A stretch of DNA of 64,000 nt from Bacillota bacterium. Lineage in GTDB: Bacteria; Bacillota; Clostridia; Lachnospirales; Cellulosilyticaceae. Under the pieces are notes generated by a model that made no database searches, had not been told where the DNA came from, and saw only the letters and a program-made list of their open reading frames with translations. The first letter of the stretch is position 1, and each line of letters begins with the position of its first letter. The DNA is taken from positions 1 to 64,000 of the forward strand of contig JAEWMQ010000059.1 in assembly GCA_023393125.1 (NCBI GenBank), written 5' to 3'. Position numbers and translations under genes: made by a program. Shown piece after piece: positions 1 through 9,943 of this stretch.

Positions 1-73
1 AGCGCGAGACGGGACTCGAACCCGCGACCCTCTCCTTGGCAAGGAGATGCTCTACCAACTGAGCCACTCGCGC
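1..73 (-). tRNA. tRNA-Gly (anticodon GCC)
   Basis: Reverse complement folds as a 73-nt cloverleaf: acceptor GCGCGAG/CTCGCGC, D-arm GCTC-AGTTGGTA-GAGC, anticodon arm TCTCC-TTGCCAA-GGAGA (GCC), T-arm GCGGG-TTCGAGT-CCCGT. CCA is not encoded and the feature may begin at the window edge. Confidence 0.85.
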
Positions 74-78
74 ATAAA

Positions 79-196
79 TCTGGCAACCACTTACTCTCCC
101 AGTCCGTCTCCAGACAAGTACCATCAGCCGCTTAGGTCTTAACCTACGTGTTCGGAACGGAAACGGGTGTTTCCCCTAAGCGCATCATCACCAGAA
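79..196 (-). rRNA. rrf: 5S ribosomal RNA
   Basis: Reverse complement reads TTCTGGTGATGATGCG...CACCCGTTTCCGTTCCGAACACGTAGGTTAAGACCTAAGCGGCTGATGGTACTTG...GGGAGAGTAAGTGGTTGCCAGA. This matches the Firmicutes 5S layout (CCGAACACG-GTTAAGC core, closing helix TTCTGGTG/..GCCAGA), ~118 nt. Confidence 0.85.
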
Positions 197-228
197 ATTT
201 CGTCGTCATTTCTCTTGACGACTATTTA

Positions 229-257
229 AATATACACTATTCCATTACATATGTCAA
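229..257 (-). promoter_or_regulatory. sigma-A-type promoter for the 5S-tRNA unit (TTGACA-17-TATATT on minus strand)
   Basis: On the minus strand, TTGACA (complement of 252-257), a 17-nt spacer, then TATATT (complement of 229-234), about 30 nt upstream of the 5S 5' end. A short hairpin (gtcgtca...tgacgac, 201-224) lies between the promoter and the 5S. Confidence 0.5.
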
Positions 258-272
258 TTACTTTTTTAAAAT

Positions 273-1718
273 TTATTTTGCTAAGTCGCTATTCTTTCTG
301 TATTCTGTGGGTGAAATTCCTGTTACACTTTTAAATACCTTCATAAAGTGCTTTTCATTTTCATACCCTACTGCATAACCTACTTCTGCAACTTTCTTGG
401 TTGTATCTTGAAGTAATTCCTTAGCTTTATTAATTCTTACTTCCTTAATATAATTAACAAAGTTCATGCCTGTATATTCTTTGAAGATTTGTGAGAAACA
501 AGAATAATTCATAGAAATATGATTTGATACCATAGCCATATTTAAGTCTTTATCATAGTTCTCATAAATATAATCCACTGCCTCTTTCATCTGGGTATTA
601 TTTTTATTTTTCCCATGAGTATCGTGTATTGTATCATTTAATATTAAGAAATAGTGCTTTAGATACTCTTTATAGCTTTTATAAATATCAAATTTATAAA
701 AATGCTTAATACCTCTAAAATCTGTTGGGTTGATTACACTTCCATAATACTCTAAAATGGATTCAGTTAGCTTTCTCATAAGATTCTCAAAGTCTTTATA
801 AAGCATCTTATCAATCATATTTTCACCTAGTATGCTGTCAAATGTCTCACTTAGTTCATCATAACGTTCTGTTCCAATCAGTTGTATCAATCTAGTAACA
901 GCCTTGCTATCTATTTTTGTATTTTGCTTTATAGGTACATCATTATATCTTAAGCAAGGTAAGTTCATCATATAAGCATACTTTCTAGCAAGTAATGCTT
1001 GCTCGTATGCTATTCTAAGATGCATGGCTCCTTTATATCTACTACTTAATCCAATACTTTTTTCACTTAAACTCTCTTCTAACAAGCTTGTCTCTTTTTC
1101 AGTGCAAATAACCACATAGTGATCTTCTATTTCACACAGTATTGCTTCTGCTTCTTCAGGTAAAACAACCTGTTCATGTAAGCAAAAAATCTGGTAGTTC
1201 TCTGAATTAATCCAATGACTTTCAAAGCTTTGCTCAAAACTTTTCAATTCACTATTAGTAATAGAAGGGTTAAGTAGAATATATTTAATCTGCTGCTCTA
1301 GTATATCCTCAATAGCTTCTAGCTTTTCTGCCACCTTGTTTTTTTCCTCAATAAGTGCTTCTAAATTATTCATAATCTTATAGATGTCTTCTCTATTAAC
1401 CGGCTTTAAAATATATTCTCTTGCACCACATTTTAAAGCTTCTACCGCATAGGAAAAATCATCATATCCACTAATCACTACAATTTCAGGTGAGTCTTCA
1501 CGCCCATTAAGCTCATTTAGTAAGGCTAGACCATCCATCTTGGGCATTCTAATGTCGGTAAATAATACATCTACTTTTTGCTTCTCTATTATTGCAAGCG
1601 CCTCTTCCCCATTTTGGCATTCAAGAATCTCCTCAACTTTAGCGCCTGAACGTTTTACCATAGCTTTTAAGCCTTGTCTAATCATTTTCTCATCTTCCGC
1701 AATCAGTAATGTCTTCAC
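273..1718 (-). CDS. Two-component response regulator, CheY-like receiver + AraC-type HTH (YesN family)
   Basis: 481 aa. N-terminal REC domain (MKTLLIAEDE...DIRMPKMDGL...ILKP). C-terminal AraC HTH (…QIFKEYTGMNFVNYIKEVRINKAKELL…GYENEKHFMKVFK). Directly downstream of a YesM-type kinase. Confidence 0.9.
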   Translation of the reverse strand: MKTLLIAEDEKMIRQGLKAMVKRSGAKVEEILECQNGEEALAIIEKQKVDVLFTDIRMPKMDGLALLNELNGREDSPEIVVISGYDDFSYAVEALKCGAREYILKPVNREDIYKIMNNLEALIEEKNKVAEKLEAIEDILEQQIKYILLNPSITNSELKSFEQSFESHWINSENYQIFCLHEQVVLPEEAEAILCEIEDHYVVICTEKETSLLEESLSEKSIGLSSRYKGAMHLRIAYEQALLARKYAYMMNLPCLRYNDVPIKQNTKIDSKAVTRLIQLIGTERYDELSETFDSILGENMIDKMLYKDFENLMRKLTESILEYYGSVINPTDFRGIKHFYKFDIYKSYKEYLKHYFLILNDTIHDTHGKNKNNTQMKEAVDYIYENYDKDLNMAMVSNHISMNYSCFSQIFKEYTGMNFVNYIKEVRINKAKELLQDTTKKVAEVGYAVGYENEKHFMKVFKSVTGISPTEYRKNSDLAK

Positions 1719-1730
1719 CTTATCCCCTCC

Positions 1731-3524
1731 TTATTTGCTATATGGTATTTTTATAATGATTTTAGTAAAACATCCTTCTTTTGAAACAACTTCCAAGCCA
1801 TACTCAGGTCCAAAACAAAGCACAATACGATCTTGTACGTTTTTAAGACCAATACCATTTGAAGATTGCTTTTCTTCTACTAATTCTCCTCTTATTTTCA
1901 TCTTAAGCCTTTCGATTTGCTCCTCATTCATGCCTACTCCTGAATCAGTTACTTCTATTAAAAAGTAATCTTCTAACATCCTTCCTTTAATAAGGATTGT
2001 GGTATCCTCTGCTAATTCTTCAATCCCATGCTTAATGGCATTTTCTACTATAGGTTGAATACACATTTTAGGAACAGCTTGTTCTAAAATACGTTCTGGA
2101 AGCATGACATTCAGTATAATTTCATAGTCATAACGTAAATTTAAAAGAGCAATGTAATTTTCAACATAACCAATCTCTTCTTTTACTTTTACCTTAGGAG
2201 ACCTCCATTTCATACTATATCTAAGTAACTTTCCAAGAGAAGTAATGGCATCTGATATATCAAATAACCCTTCTATTTCTGCCATCATTTTAATAGATTC
2301 TAGTACATTATAAATAAAATGTGCATTAATTTGATTTTGAAGTGCCCTAATTTCTGAATCCTTAATCAAAGTCTGGCGATTCACCTTTTCTTTCATTAAC
2401 TCCTTGATATTAAATGCCATAGTCTGTATATTTCTTCCTAACTCGCCAATTTCACCCTTGCCAAAGTCATCAATTTTGATATCTAAATTTCCTTTTTGGA
2501 TTTCTTGAATAGCATCTAAGACCTTATAAAAGTTTTTAAAGACAATATGCGTACTTTTATTAATAAGCAAGGTTATAAGGAGTATCAGAAATGCTACCGC
2601 CAATGTTACCATTACCCTTAAAAAATCCATCTGCTTATATACTTTTTCTAGGGAATGTACTTTTACAATATAACCATTGATATTTTTTATTGGCTTATAG
2701 CCAACAACTACCTGTTCATCCCCTAATTTTGTCACTTTAACCATTTCTTCATCAGCTAGGAGCTTTAAAATGGTTTCCTCATCAAGCTGCCACTTCTCTA
2801 TATGAGAGCGTTCATCTTGATAAACTCTATTATGCTTGTCCACGAAATACATCACTTCATCCTCTGATATTTCATACATTTGAGGAAACATAACCTTCAT
2901 CGGTGTAGCTATTTCTATAATACCTATTTGTTGTCTTTTTATATCTAAATAAGGTGCTATTAAAGTAGCTAACGGTTCCTTATAAGGTGCTGCTTTTTGT
3001 ACGGCAGAAATAGTATCCTCTTCTCCAAAAAACCACATGCCCGTATCTGCTTTCTTAATAAGCTCTTGTTTATTAAAGCGACTGGCCTTATAGATAGCAG
3101 GTGCTAATTCTAGAATCTCCTTATCTAGATAAAATCTTATACTATGTATATAGGGATTAGTATTAACTAAACGCTCTATGGCCTTTATCTCTGTATTATT
3201 AAAAGCCATAATTTGATGAATAGAGACTTCTATATCATCCATGAGTTTATCAATAAACTTTTCTACTTGACCATTTAAAGTTACCGTTTGCATAGTCATA
3301 TTACAGATTTCTGTACTATTAATAAGCTGAGTATATGCTTCACTAAGTTCACTTTCCACAGCGTCTATTTGCTCCTTGATTTGTATCGATTGATAGTACT
3401 CTATACTCCCCATAGCAAATAGAATAATGGGTAAAAGGAGAATAAGCATATTCAATAGTAAGATTTTATATCTTATTTTTATTGATGATAAAAAACTCAT
3501 TAATTTATATTTTAATGAATACAT
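1731..3524 (-). CDS. Sensor histidine kinase, YesM family (2 TM, HAMP, His_kinase, HATPase)
   Basis: 597 aa. Two hydrophobic segments flank an extracytoplasmic sensing domain. His-kinase motif ...ALQNQINAHFIYNVLESI.... C-terminal ATPase G-boxes (DSGVGM, GIGLKNV). Confidence 0.9.
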   Translation of the reverse strand: MYSLKYKLMSFLSSIKIRYKILLLNMLILLLPIILFAMGSIEYYQSIQIKEQIDAVESELSEAYTQLINSTEICNMTMQTVTLNGQVEKFIDKLMDDIEVSIHQIMAFNNTEIKAIERLVNTNPYIHSIRFYLDKEILELAPAIYKASRFNKQELIKKADTGMWFFGEEDTISAVQKAAPYKEPLATLIAPYLDIKRQQIGIIEIATPMKVMFPQMYEISEDEVMYFVDKHNRVYQDERSHIEKWQLDEETILKLLADEEMVKVTKLGDEQVVVGYKPIKNINGYIVKVHSLEKVYKQMDFLRVMVTLAVAFLILLITLLINKSTHIVFKNFYKVLDAIQEIQKGNLDIKIDDFGKGEIGELGRNIQTMAFNIKELMKEKVNRQTLIKDSEIRALQNQINAHFIYNVLESIKMMAEIEGLFDISDAITSLGKLLRYSMKWRSPKVKVKEEIGYVENYIALLNLRYDYEIILNVMLPERILEQAVPKMCIQPIVENAIKHGIEELAEDTTILIKGRMLEDYFLIEVTDSGVGMNEEQIERLKMKIRGELVEEKQSSNGIGLKNVQDRIVLCFGPEYGLEVVSKEGCFTKIIIKIPYSK

Positions 3525-3616
3525 TTATTCCCCTCCCTTTTCACTATTATGTTAACTATTATAACAAATTTAAAACTTACTTACTAGTTATCCCTTGGAT
3601 AACCAGTGAGTTGTTT

Positions 3617-4957
3617 TTATTTATAAATAAGTGTATAAATAGCCTCTGGTGCAACCTCTAAACTCACATATCGTTTTTCTTCTCTTAGGGTGATATTCTT
3701 TGCTACGGCTGCTTTATTTAATACAACAATCACTTTTTCCCCATCTGGATTCATAAAACCTACTACCTCTAAATCAGCTGTATATTTAGTAGTTGCTATG
3801 CGTTTAGCACCCTTCTTAATGTATTTACTGAAATGTCCAATATAATAATAGGTTAAGCGTTTTTCATAGTCATCTTCTGTTTCACTACACATCATTGGTG
3901 CATCACAGAAGTTCCCTACATGGTTTGGCCCACCTTTATGATCAAGCACCATATTCCAGTCAATATAACCATTCATTCCCGCATTAAAATTACCAATCAT
4001 ATCATGAGCATACATATAAGCTTTTTGAATGGCATTAGCTTCGGCAAAACGACTGTACTCCACGCATCCTTCAGTAAAAAGCAATTCTTTTTCTGGGTAA
4101 AGCTCCCTCACCATTTGAATAGCTTCGAAATGATCTCCCGTATACCAGTGAAAACCTACGCCTGCTACATATTGATTGGCTTTTTCATCTCTTACTACAT
4201 CTCTGGTACGTTCATAAAGTCTCTCTTTATTGTGGTCCCAAATAAAGATTTTTACATCTTGTAAACCTTCTTCTTCAAAAATAGGACCTAGATAATCTCT
4301 TACAAAAATCATCTCTTCTTCTGCTGTATAGATACAAGAATCCCAGGTTTGAACAGCTTCTGGTTCATTTTGCACTGTTATTCTAGAGATTTCTATCCCT
4401 TCTTCTTTGTAAGTCTTTATATATTTAGCAATATATTTTGCCCAAGCAGCCCCACAGTCTGGCTTTAATTTACCACCATGGTTCATTTCACCTGTTGTTT
4501 TCATAAATGCTGGTGGGCTCCAAGGTGATGCCAGAAAGCTAATAGGCTGCTTACTGATTTCTTGCGCTTTTTTAATTACAGGGATAATATACTTTTTATC
4601 TCTTTCAATACTAAAGCTGGCAAAGTCAGTATCTCCCTCATCTTCTATATAAGCATAATTGCCAAGAGCAAAGTCACAGCTATTGATATGGGTACGGCAT
4701 AAATTATAGCCTATGCCTGCCTCTCCAAAGTAATCTTTAAGGAGCTTCATTTGCTTTTCTTCTGGCAACCTTAAAATATTATAGGCCGTTGCTTCTGTAA
4801 AAGCCCCTCCAAATCCTACAATGGTTTGGTAGCTTACTTCTGGATAAATGTTAATAACCTCCATAGCCGCATCTGTTTGATTAATAAAAGGGCGACTAGG
4901 CATCTCCTGTAAATACATATTGTTCTTCTCATTGGTAGTAATGATTCTAAGGTTCAT
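3617..4957 (-). CDS. Glycoside hydrolase family 30 (glucosylceramidase / beta-xylosidase-like), cytoplasmic
   Basis: 446 aa with no signal peptide. GFGGAFTEA motif near the N-terminus, catalytic VQNEPE, and a C-terminal beta-sandwich typical of GH30. Confidence 0.75.
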   Translation of the reverse strand: MNLRIITTNEKNNMYLQEMPSRPFINQTDAAMEVINIYPEVSYQTIVGFGGAFTEATAYNILRLPEEKQMKLLKDYFGEAGIGYNLCRTHINSCDFALGNYAYIEDEGDTDFASFSIERDKKYIIPVIKKAQEISKQPISFLASPWSPPAFMKTTGEMNHGGKLKPDCGAAWAKYIAKYIKTYKEEGIEISRITVQNEPEAVQTWDSCIYTAEEEMIFVRDYLGPIFEEEGLQDVKIFIWDHNKERLYERTRDVVRDEKANQYVAGVGFHWYTGDHFEAIQMVRELYPEKELLFTEGCVEYSRFAEANAIQKAYMYAHDMIGNFNAGMNGYIDWNMVLDHKGGPNHVGNFCDAPMMCSETEDDYEKRLTYYYIGHFSKYIKKGAKRIATTKYTADLEVVGFMNPDGEKVIVVLNKAAVAKNITLREEKRYVSLEVAPEAIYTLIYK

Positions 4958-5023
4958 ATTTTATCTCCTTTATAAAATAAGCCCAAGCCAACAAATGGGC
5001 TTAGGCTTATTTAGTTCTAATGA

Positions 5024-6673
5024 TTAGAGTCCTAATTTTTCTTTATTCTTATTCAGTATTTGTTGTTGTAATTCTACAAGTTTGCTATAGCCAAGTGCAT
5101 CACGTTCTGTAACATATTTATTAAAGATCTCATCAAACTCTGCATCTGTTTTGGCTAGTAACAATTTTGGAAGTGTTTCACCCCATAGTCTTCCTATTTT
5201 AAGACTAATTACTTCTTCTTCTGTACCAACTGATGGAGTAAGTCCTTCATATTGAGATAAGAATGTTGTATATGGGTAAGTCCATTCTTCTAATTGTTTA
5301 AGTGGTTCTTGTGGTCCTTCTGACCATTGAAGCTGCATAGCTAAGTCTTGAAGCATCCAGAATGTATCATCTGCACCATATTTTCTATCATAAGCTGTAC
5401 GATCTGTTTGAAGGAGTTCTTTTACTTCTGGCTTAACTACTGGCTTACCATCTACCATATCATAAGTTTCACCTTCTGGCCCTAAGAATACCATTTTTTG
5501 ACCATGTTCACTCATTAAATAGCTTAAGAACTCAATAGCACGGTCAGGTCTTTCACAGTTTTTAGAAATAAGTGTTACAGTCCATCCTGCAATACCACCG
5601 CCTTGTAGCACAGGATCATCTCCATTAGAATTTTTGGGTCCATCTACTGCTATATAGATGCTATTTGGATCATTGTTATAAAGGATTTTTTGTTCTGCTG
5701 CAATATCTGTTCTTTGATACATCATGGCAAAGTAACGACCTTGCGCTATTTTCTCCGCCATTTGTGAACGTTTATCAATGAAAATGTCATCAGCTAGTAA
5801 ACCTTCTCTACCTGCTTCATTAAATACTTTTAACCAATTAACGTAATCTGGATCTGTCATTCTATCATAGAGTTCACCATCTTTTTCATATGGAATAGCT
5901 AAAAAGTCTTGTAAGTATTTTTCAATTGTGTAGTTACCTGTTTCAGTAAATTCATCAAAACCAATTGGAATAAGTGGCTGTCCATTTACTTCTGGGAACA
6001 TTTCTTTTGCTTTTTTAAGAGCACCTAAGAAGCCTTCAGGCGTACTCATATCTGGACTACCAATGGCTTCATATATATCTTTTCTTACTAAGAAAGTTTG
6101 ATTTGAAGCAATGTTATCATACTTTTCATAGTCTTCAGGTGAGAATGATGAGTTTGGATAGCCATAGATATTACCATCTTCTTGTGTATACCATCCTAAA
6201 CGTGATTCATCAGCTACTTTAAAGAAATAAGGGTCATATTGCTCTGCAAGTTCATTGAGTGCATATACCATATCACTATCAATCATCTCAGCAATCTGAC
6301 CTTCCCACCAACCTAATGTTATAAGGTCTGGAAGTGTATCTGAAGCAATCATCGTATTAAGCTTTTCTGCTTCATTACCTGCTGGCACAATAAACTCTAC
6401 ATTAACACCTGTCTCTTCTGTAATTTTTTGAGAAGTTATATCTTCTCCCCATGGTGTTGTAAACCATGAGAAATTCATATACCATTGTAAATCCACTTTA
6501 TCATCACTATTTCTTTGCCAGCCTGGTTCATCTGCTGAAAGCTCAGTGCCTGTAGTTGTTGCTGGTACTTGTCCGCCTTTATCATCTGTTTTGGCTGAGC
6601 CACAACCTACAGCTGAAGTGACTAACATACAAGCCATAGTTGCTGCAAAAGTTCTTTTTAGTCTTTTATTCAT
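5024..6673 (-). CDS. Extracellular solute-binding lipoprotein of a carbohydrate ABC transporter (LplA-like, large SBP family 1)
   Basis: 549 aa. Lipoprotein signal with lipobox (…LVTSAVGCGS). Size and composition typical of LplA/YesO-like oligosaccharide-binding proteins. Upstream of two permease genes. Confidence 0.85.
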   Translation of the reverse strand: MNKRLKRTFAATMACMLVTSAVGCGSAKTDDKGGQVPATTTGTELSADEPGWQRNSDDKVDLQWYMNFSWFTTPWGEDITSQKITEETGVNVEFIVPAGNEAEKLNTMIASDTLPDLITLGWWEGQIAEMIDSDMVYALNELAEQYDPYFFKVADESRLGWYTQEDGNIYGYPNSSFSPEDYEKYDNIASNQTFLVRKDIYEAIGSPDMSTPEGFLGALKKAKEMFPEVNGQPLIPIGFDEFTETGNYTIEKYLQDFLAIPYEKDGELYDRMTDPDYVNWLKVFNEAGREGLLADDIFIDKRSQMAEKIAQGRYFAMMYQRTDIAAEQKILYNNDPNSIYIAVDGPKNSNGDDPVLQGGGIAGWTVTLISKNCERPDRAIEFLSYLMSEHGQKMVFLGPEGETYDMVDGKPVVKPEVKELLQTDRTAYDRKYGADDTFWMLQDLAMQLQWSEGPQEPLKQLEEWTYPYTTFLSQYEGLTPSVGTEEEVISLKIGRLWGETLPKLLLAKTDAEFDEIFNKYVTERDALGYSKLVELQQQILNKNKEKLGL

Positions 6674-6758
6674 ACTTTATTCCCCCTTTAGTTGATTTTA
6701 TTTAATAAAAGAATACATAATAAGTTATTACTTATTCCTTATTATCTTTCTTAACTTT

Positions 6759-7658
6759 TTACTCTTTAACTGCTCCAACCATCATCCCCTTAACAAAGTA
6801 TTTTTGAAGGAATGGATAAACACATACAATTGGTACTGTAGTTACTACCATAGTTGAGAGTTTAATAGATAAAGAGGTAGTTGATCTTGTAATATTACTT
6901 GCTGTTGCCATCATTTGTGTAGAACCACTTTCAGCTACAATTCTATATAAGAAAGTTTGAATAGGTTGTAAATTCGGATTGTTTATAAAGATAACTCCTG
7001 CAAAGTAATCATTCCAGTGATATACACCTGTAAATAAAGCAATCGTTGCAAGTACTGGTTTTGATAATGGTAAAATAATCTTAATAAATGTTGTCCAATC
7101 TGTAGCACCATCAATTGAAGCTGATTCCTCTAGTGCACTTGGTATCTCTCTGAAGAAATTAACAAATATAATGAGATTAAAGAAGTTAAATAAACCCGGA
7201 ATAATATAAACCCAAAAGCTATCTAACAAATTCATATTTTTATAAAGTAAGAATGTTGGAATAAGTCCACCACTAAAAAACATTGTGATAGTTCCCATAG
7301 CCATATAAAACTTTCTTCCTACTAAGTTACTTTTTGATAGTGGATATGCTACCATGGCTGTAAAAAATACATTCGTCGCTGTCCCTACTATAGTTCTCAG
7401 TACAGTTACACTAAAGGCCTTCATGACACCACTATTTTGAAAAACAGCCTTATAATTATCTAATGTAAACTTTCTTGGCCACCAGAAGATCCCACCTAAC
7501 ATAGCATCTGTTCCCTCATTGAGAGAATTCACTAGAATATACCAGATAGGGTAAAGTGTTATAAAGCAAATGGTTGTCATCAAAATCATATTAAACCAAT
7601 CAAAAGCGATCTCACCGTTAGTTCTTTGCTGTCTCCAGTTAATTTTTCTTAGTTTCAC
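6759..7658 (-). CDS. Carbohydrate ABC transporter permease (LplC/MalG-like)
   Basis: 299 aa, 6 TM. EAA-like loop ...EESASIDGATDWTTFIKIILPLSKP.... Confidence 0.85.
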   Translation of the reverse strand: MKLRKINWRQQRTNGEIAFDWFNMILMTTICFITLYPIWYILVNSLNEGTDAMLGGIFWWPRKFTLDNYKAVFQNSGVMKAFSVTVLRTIVGTATNVFFTAMVAYPLSKSNLVGRKFYMAMGTITMFFSGGLIPTFLLYKNMNLLDSFWVYIIPGLFNFFNLIIFVNFFREIPSALEESASIDGATDWTTFIKIILPLSKPVLATIALFTGVYHWNDYFAGVIFINNPNLQPIQTFLYRIVAESGSTQMMATASNITRSTTSLSIKLSTMVVTTVPIVCVYPFLQKYFVKGMMVGAVKE

Positions 7659-7670
7659 TTTTTCCCCTCC

Positions 7671-8639
7671 TTAAAATAATGACCTACCTTGTAATTTCTT
7701 AGTTGTAAAATTAGCTGTTACAAGTAAAACCATTGCAATAATTGATTTGAATAATCCGATAGCCGTTGCATAAGAGTAACGACCTGAACGCATACCCATT
7801 TGATAAACGTATGTATCAATAACCTCGCTGCTTGATGCATTAAGTACATTTTTAAGAATAAAGATTTGATCAAAGTTTGAGTTAAGCATATTGGCTACTG
7901 CTAGAATAAACATGATAGCAATAGTTCCTTTAATAGATGGTAATGTAATTTTCATGATTTTTTGAAGCTTAGTCGCGCCATCTACGGTAGCTGCCTCATA
8001 CATTTGTTGATCAATACCTGAGATAGCTGCAAGATAAATAATAGCAGACCATCCAAGTTCTTTCCATGTATCTGATATAACTGTAAGTCCCCAGAAATAC
8101 TTAGGATTTGCTAAGAACGCTACTGGCTCTTTTAAGATACCAAAATTAACAAGCACTTCGTTAATCATCCCTGTTTCACTAAGCCATGTAATCAATAACC
8201 CACCAAGCACTACCCATGAAATAAAGTGTGGCAGATAAGATATGGTTTGCACTGCTTTTTTAAATCTAGCTTTTCGCACTTCATTTAGTAGGATTGCAAA
8301 AAGAATAGGTAATGGAAACCCTATAATAAGCTTTAAAAAGCTAATAGCTAAGGTGTTCACCATAATATTCATGAAGTTTGGATCACTAAAGAATTCTATA
8401 AAGTGTTCAAATCCTACCCATGGCGCCGCTGAAATCGGTTTTGTTATTTTAAAGTTCTTAAAAGCAATTACAAGCCCTGTCATAGGAATATAGTTAAAAA
8501 CAATCATCCAAATGATGCCTGGTAATACCATGAGCTGTAAATACTTTTGACTTAAGAACTTCTGAAACTTGCTTTGTTTATTTTTTTTAAGAACAGTTGC
8601 TCCTTGATTTACTGACTGTGTCATCGCCGTCCTCCTCAC
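7671..8639 (-). CDS. Carbohydrate ABC transporter permease (LplB/MalF-like)
   Basis: 322 aa, multi-TM. EAA loop ...EAATVDGATKLQKIMKITLPSIKG.... Confidence 0.85.
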   Translation of the reverse strand: MRRTAMTQSVNQGATVLKKNKQSKFQKFLSQKYLQLMVLPGIIWMIVFNYIPMTGLVIAFKNFKITKPISAAPWVGFEHFIEFFSDPNFMNIMVNTLAISFLKLIIGFPLPILFAILLNEVRKARFKKAVQTISYLPHFISWVVLGGLLITWLSETGMINEVLVNFGILKEPVAFLANPKYFWGLTVISDTWKELGWSAIIYLAAISGIDQQMYEAATVDGATKLQKIMKITLPSIKGTIAIMFILAVANMLNSNFDQIFILKNVLNASSSEVIDTYVYQMGMRSGRYSYATAIGLFKSIIAMVLLVTANFTTKKLQGRSLF

Positions 8640-8849
8640 CGAATTTGTGTATCTCGTCTATGTCTTTATTATAATTGGTCAATTTGTTTGACATAATGTC
8701 TCATTTTTTGTATTAGGTGTCTAAATTTTATAAGGTATCCTTTTTTTTAGAAAGTGGTACAATAAAAGCAAAGAAGAACGCGTGAAAAATGAAAAGCGAT
8801 GAATGAAGAGTGAAGAGTCTATAATACAATAAAGAAATCAGGTGAGTTA

Positions 8850-9764
8850 ATGCATTATATGATTAAAGAGCGGCTTGTACCTTTAGAAGATAAGCCTCAA
8901 AGGGAGTTAACTATAAAGACTGTAGAAATAATGACATTAGAGGAGTGGCAAAATAGTGGTGCCGCTTCTAGTGTGCATGCAGAAAGTTTTAAGGGCTATG
9001 CGAGTATTCATTTGTGCAAATTAGAAAACTATGCTGATTATATGCTTGGGACTTTTTGTGTGCCCTCAAAACAAAACGCTAAACTGAAAAAACGTTTCAT
9101 CTATTATATTCATAAGGATGGCATTGTCTTTGTGGATGATAGTGATCTAGTCAAGGCTTTACTTGAAAAAATGAGTCATACCAGAACTTGGGATACGCCT
9201 TCCTTGGAGACTTTCTTTAGTAATTTTTTAGAACTACTTATTGATAAGGATTTGCTTTATTTAGAGGAACTCGAAAATAGAATTGCTAAGATGGAATCTA
9301 CCATTTTAAATGGAGAAATTGCTCATTTTAACCATAAGCTTATGGATTTTAGAAAAGAGCTTCTAACGCTTCATTACTATTACTCACAGCTTGTAGAAGT
9401 AGGAGAGGTCTTGGGCGAGAATGAAAATGATTTCTTTAATGAACATAACCTAAGACTTTTTGACTTTTTTACAAGGAGGGTCAGTCGTCTCCAAAATAAT
9501 GTGCAAATGCTAAGAGAATATGCCCTCCAGGTAAGAGAAGAATATCAATCCCAAATAGATATTAAGCAAAATACTACTATGCGGATTTTAACTGTAGTGA
9601 CTACCATCTTTTTACCACTTACTTTAATTGCAGGTTGGTATGGTATGAACTTTACTTATATGCCTGAATTAAGGTGGAAGTATGGCTATCCTCTTGTTAT
9701 CGCTATTAGCTTGGCTATTATTTGCTTAAGTATTTGGATTTGTAAAAAGAAAAAATTTCTATAG
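8850..9764 (+). CDS. corA: CorA-family Mg2+/Co2+ transporter
   Basis: 304 aa. C-terminal two TM helices with the signature GWYGMNF (GMN motif) followed by a basic tail KKKKFL. Confidence 0.85.
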   Translation: MHYMIKERLVPLEDKPQRELTIKTVEIMTLEEWQNSGAASSVHAESFKGYASIHLCKLENYADYMLGTFCVPSKQNAKLKKRFIYYIHKDGIVFVDDSDLVKALLEKMSHTRTWDTPSLETFFSNFLELLIDKDLLYLEELENRIAKMESTILNGEIAHFNHKLMDFRKELLTLHYYYSQLVEVGEVLGENENDFFNEHNLRLFDFFTRRVSRLQNNVQMLREYALQVREEYQSQIDIKQNTTMRILTVVTTIFLPLTLIAGWYGMNFTYMPELRWKYGYPLVIAISLAIICLSIWICKKKKFL

Positions 9765-9837
9765 TCTTCGGTTTTGTAAACCCAGAAAATATTCTTCTAG
9801 GTTTATTAGGGAATTGAAAAATTGAATCCATATTAAA

Positions 9838-9878
9838 AAACGCATTCTAGAGTCCCTCCTAGAACGCGTTTTTTGCAT
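9838..9878. terminator. Bidirectional rho-independent terminator
   Basis: aaaaaACGCATTCTAGagtccctccTAGAACGCGTtttttg. An 11/12-bp stem with an A-run upstream and a T-run downstream, between convergent corA and the MFS gene. Confidence 0.7.
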
Positions 9879-9943
9879 ACAAATAATTACTAAACAATAT
9901 AATTCCCTTTACACTTAAAAAGCATTATTCTAGCTTTCTATTT

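Noticed and set aside
148-378. 76-aa plus-strand ORF
   Set aside because: It overlaps the 5S rRNA gene, its promoter and the 3' end of the response-regulator gene. It has no RBS and a low-complexity product, so it is spurious.
1540-1968. 142-aa plus-strand ORF antisense to the response regulator / histidine kinase junction
   Set aside because: It is antisense within two well-supported genes and its Ser/Phe-rich product is typical of AT-rich antisense frames.
8640-8849. M-box (Mg2+) riboswitch upstream of corA
   Set aside because: The 5' leader is short and very AT-rich. It lacks the GC-rich conserved M-box core helices, so only an ordinary promoter/RBS is visible.
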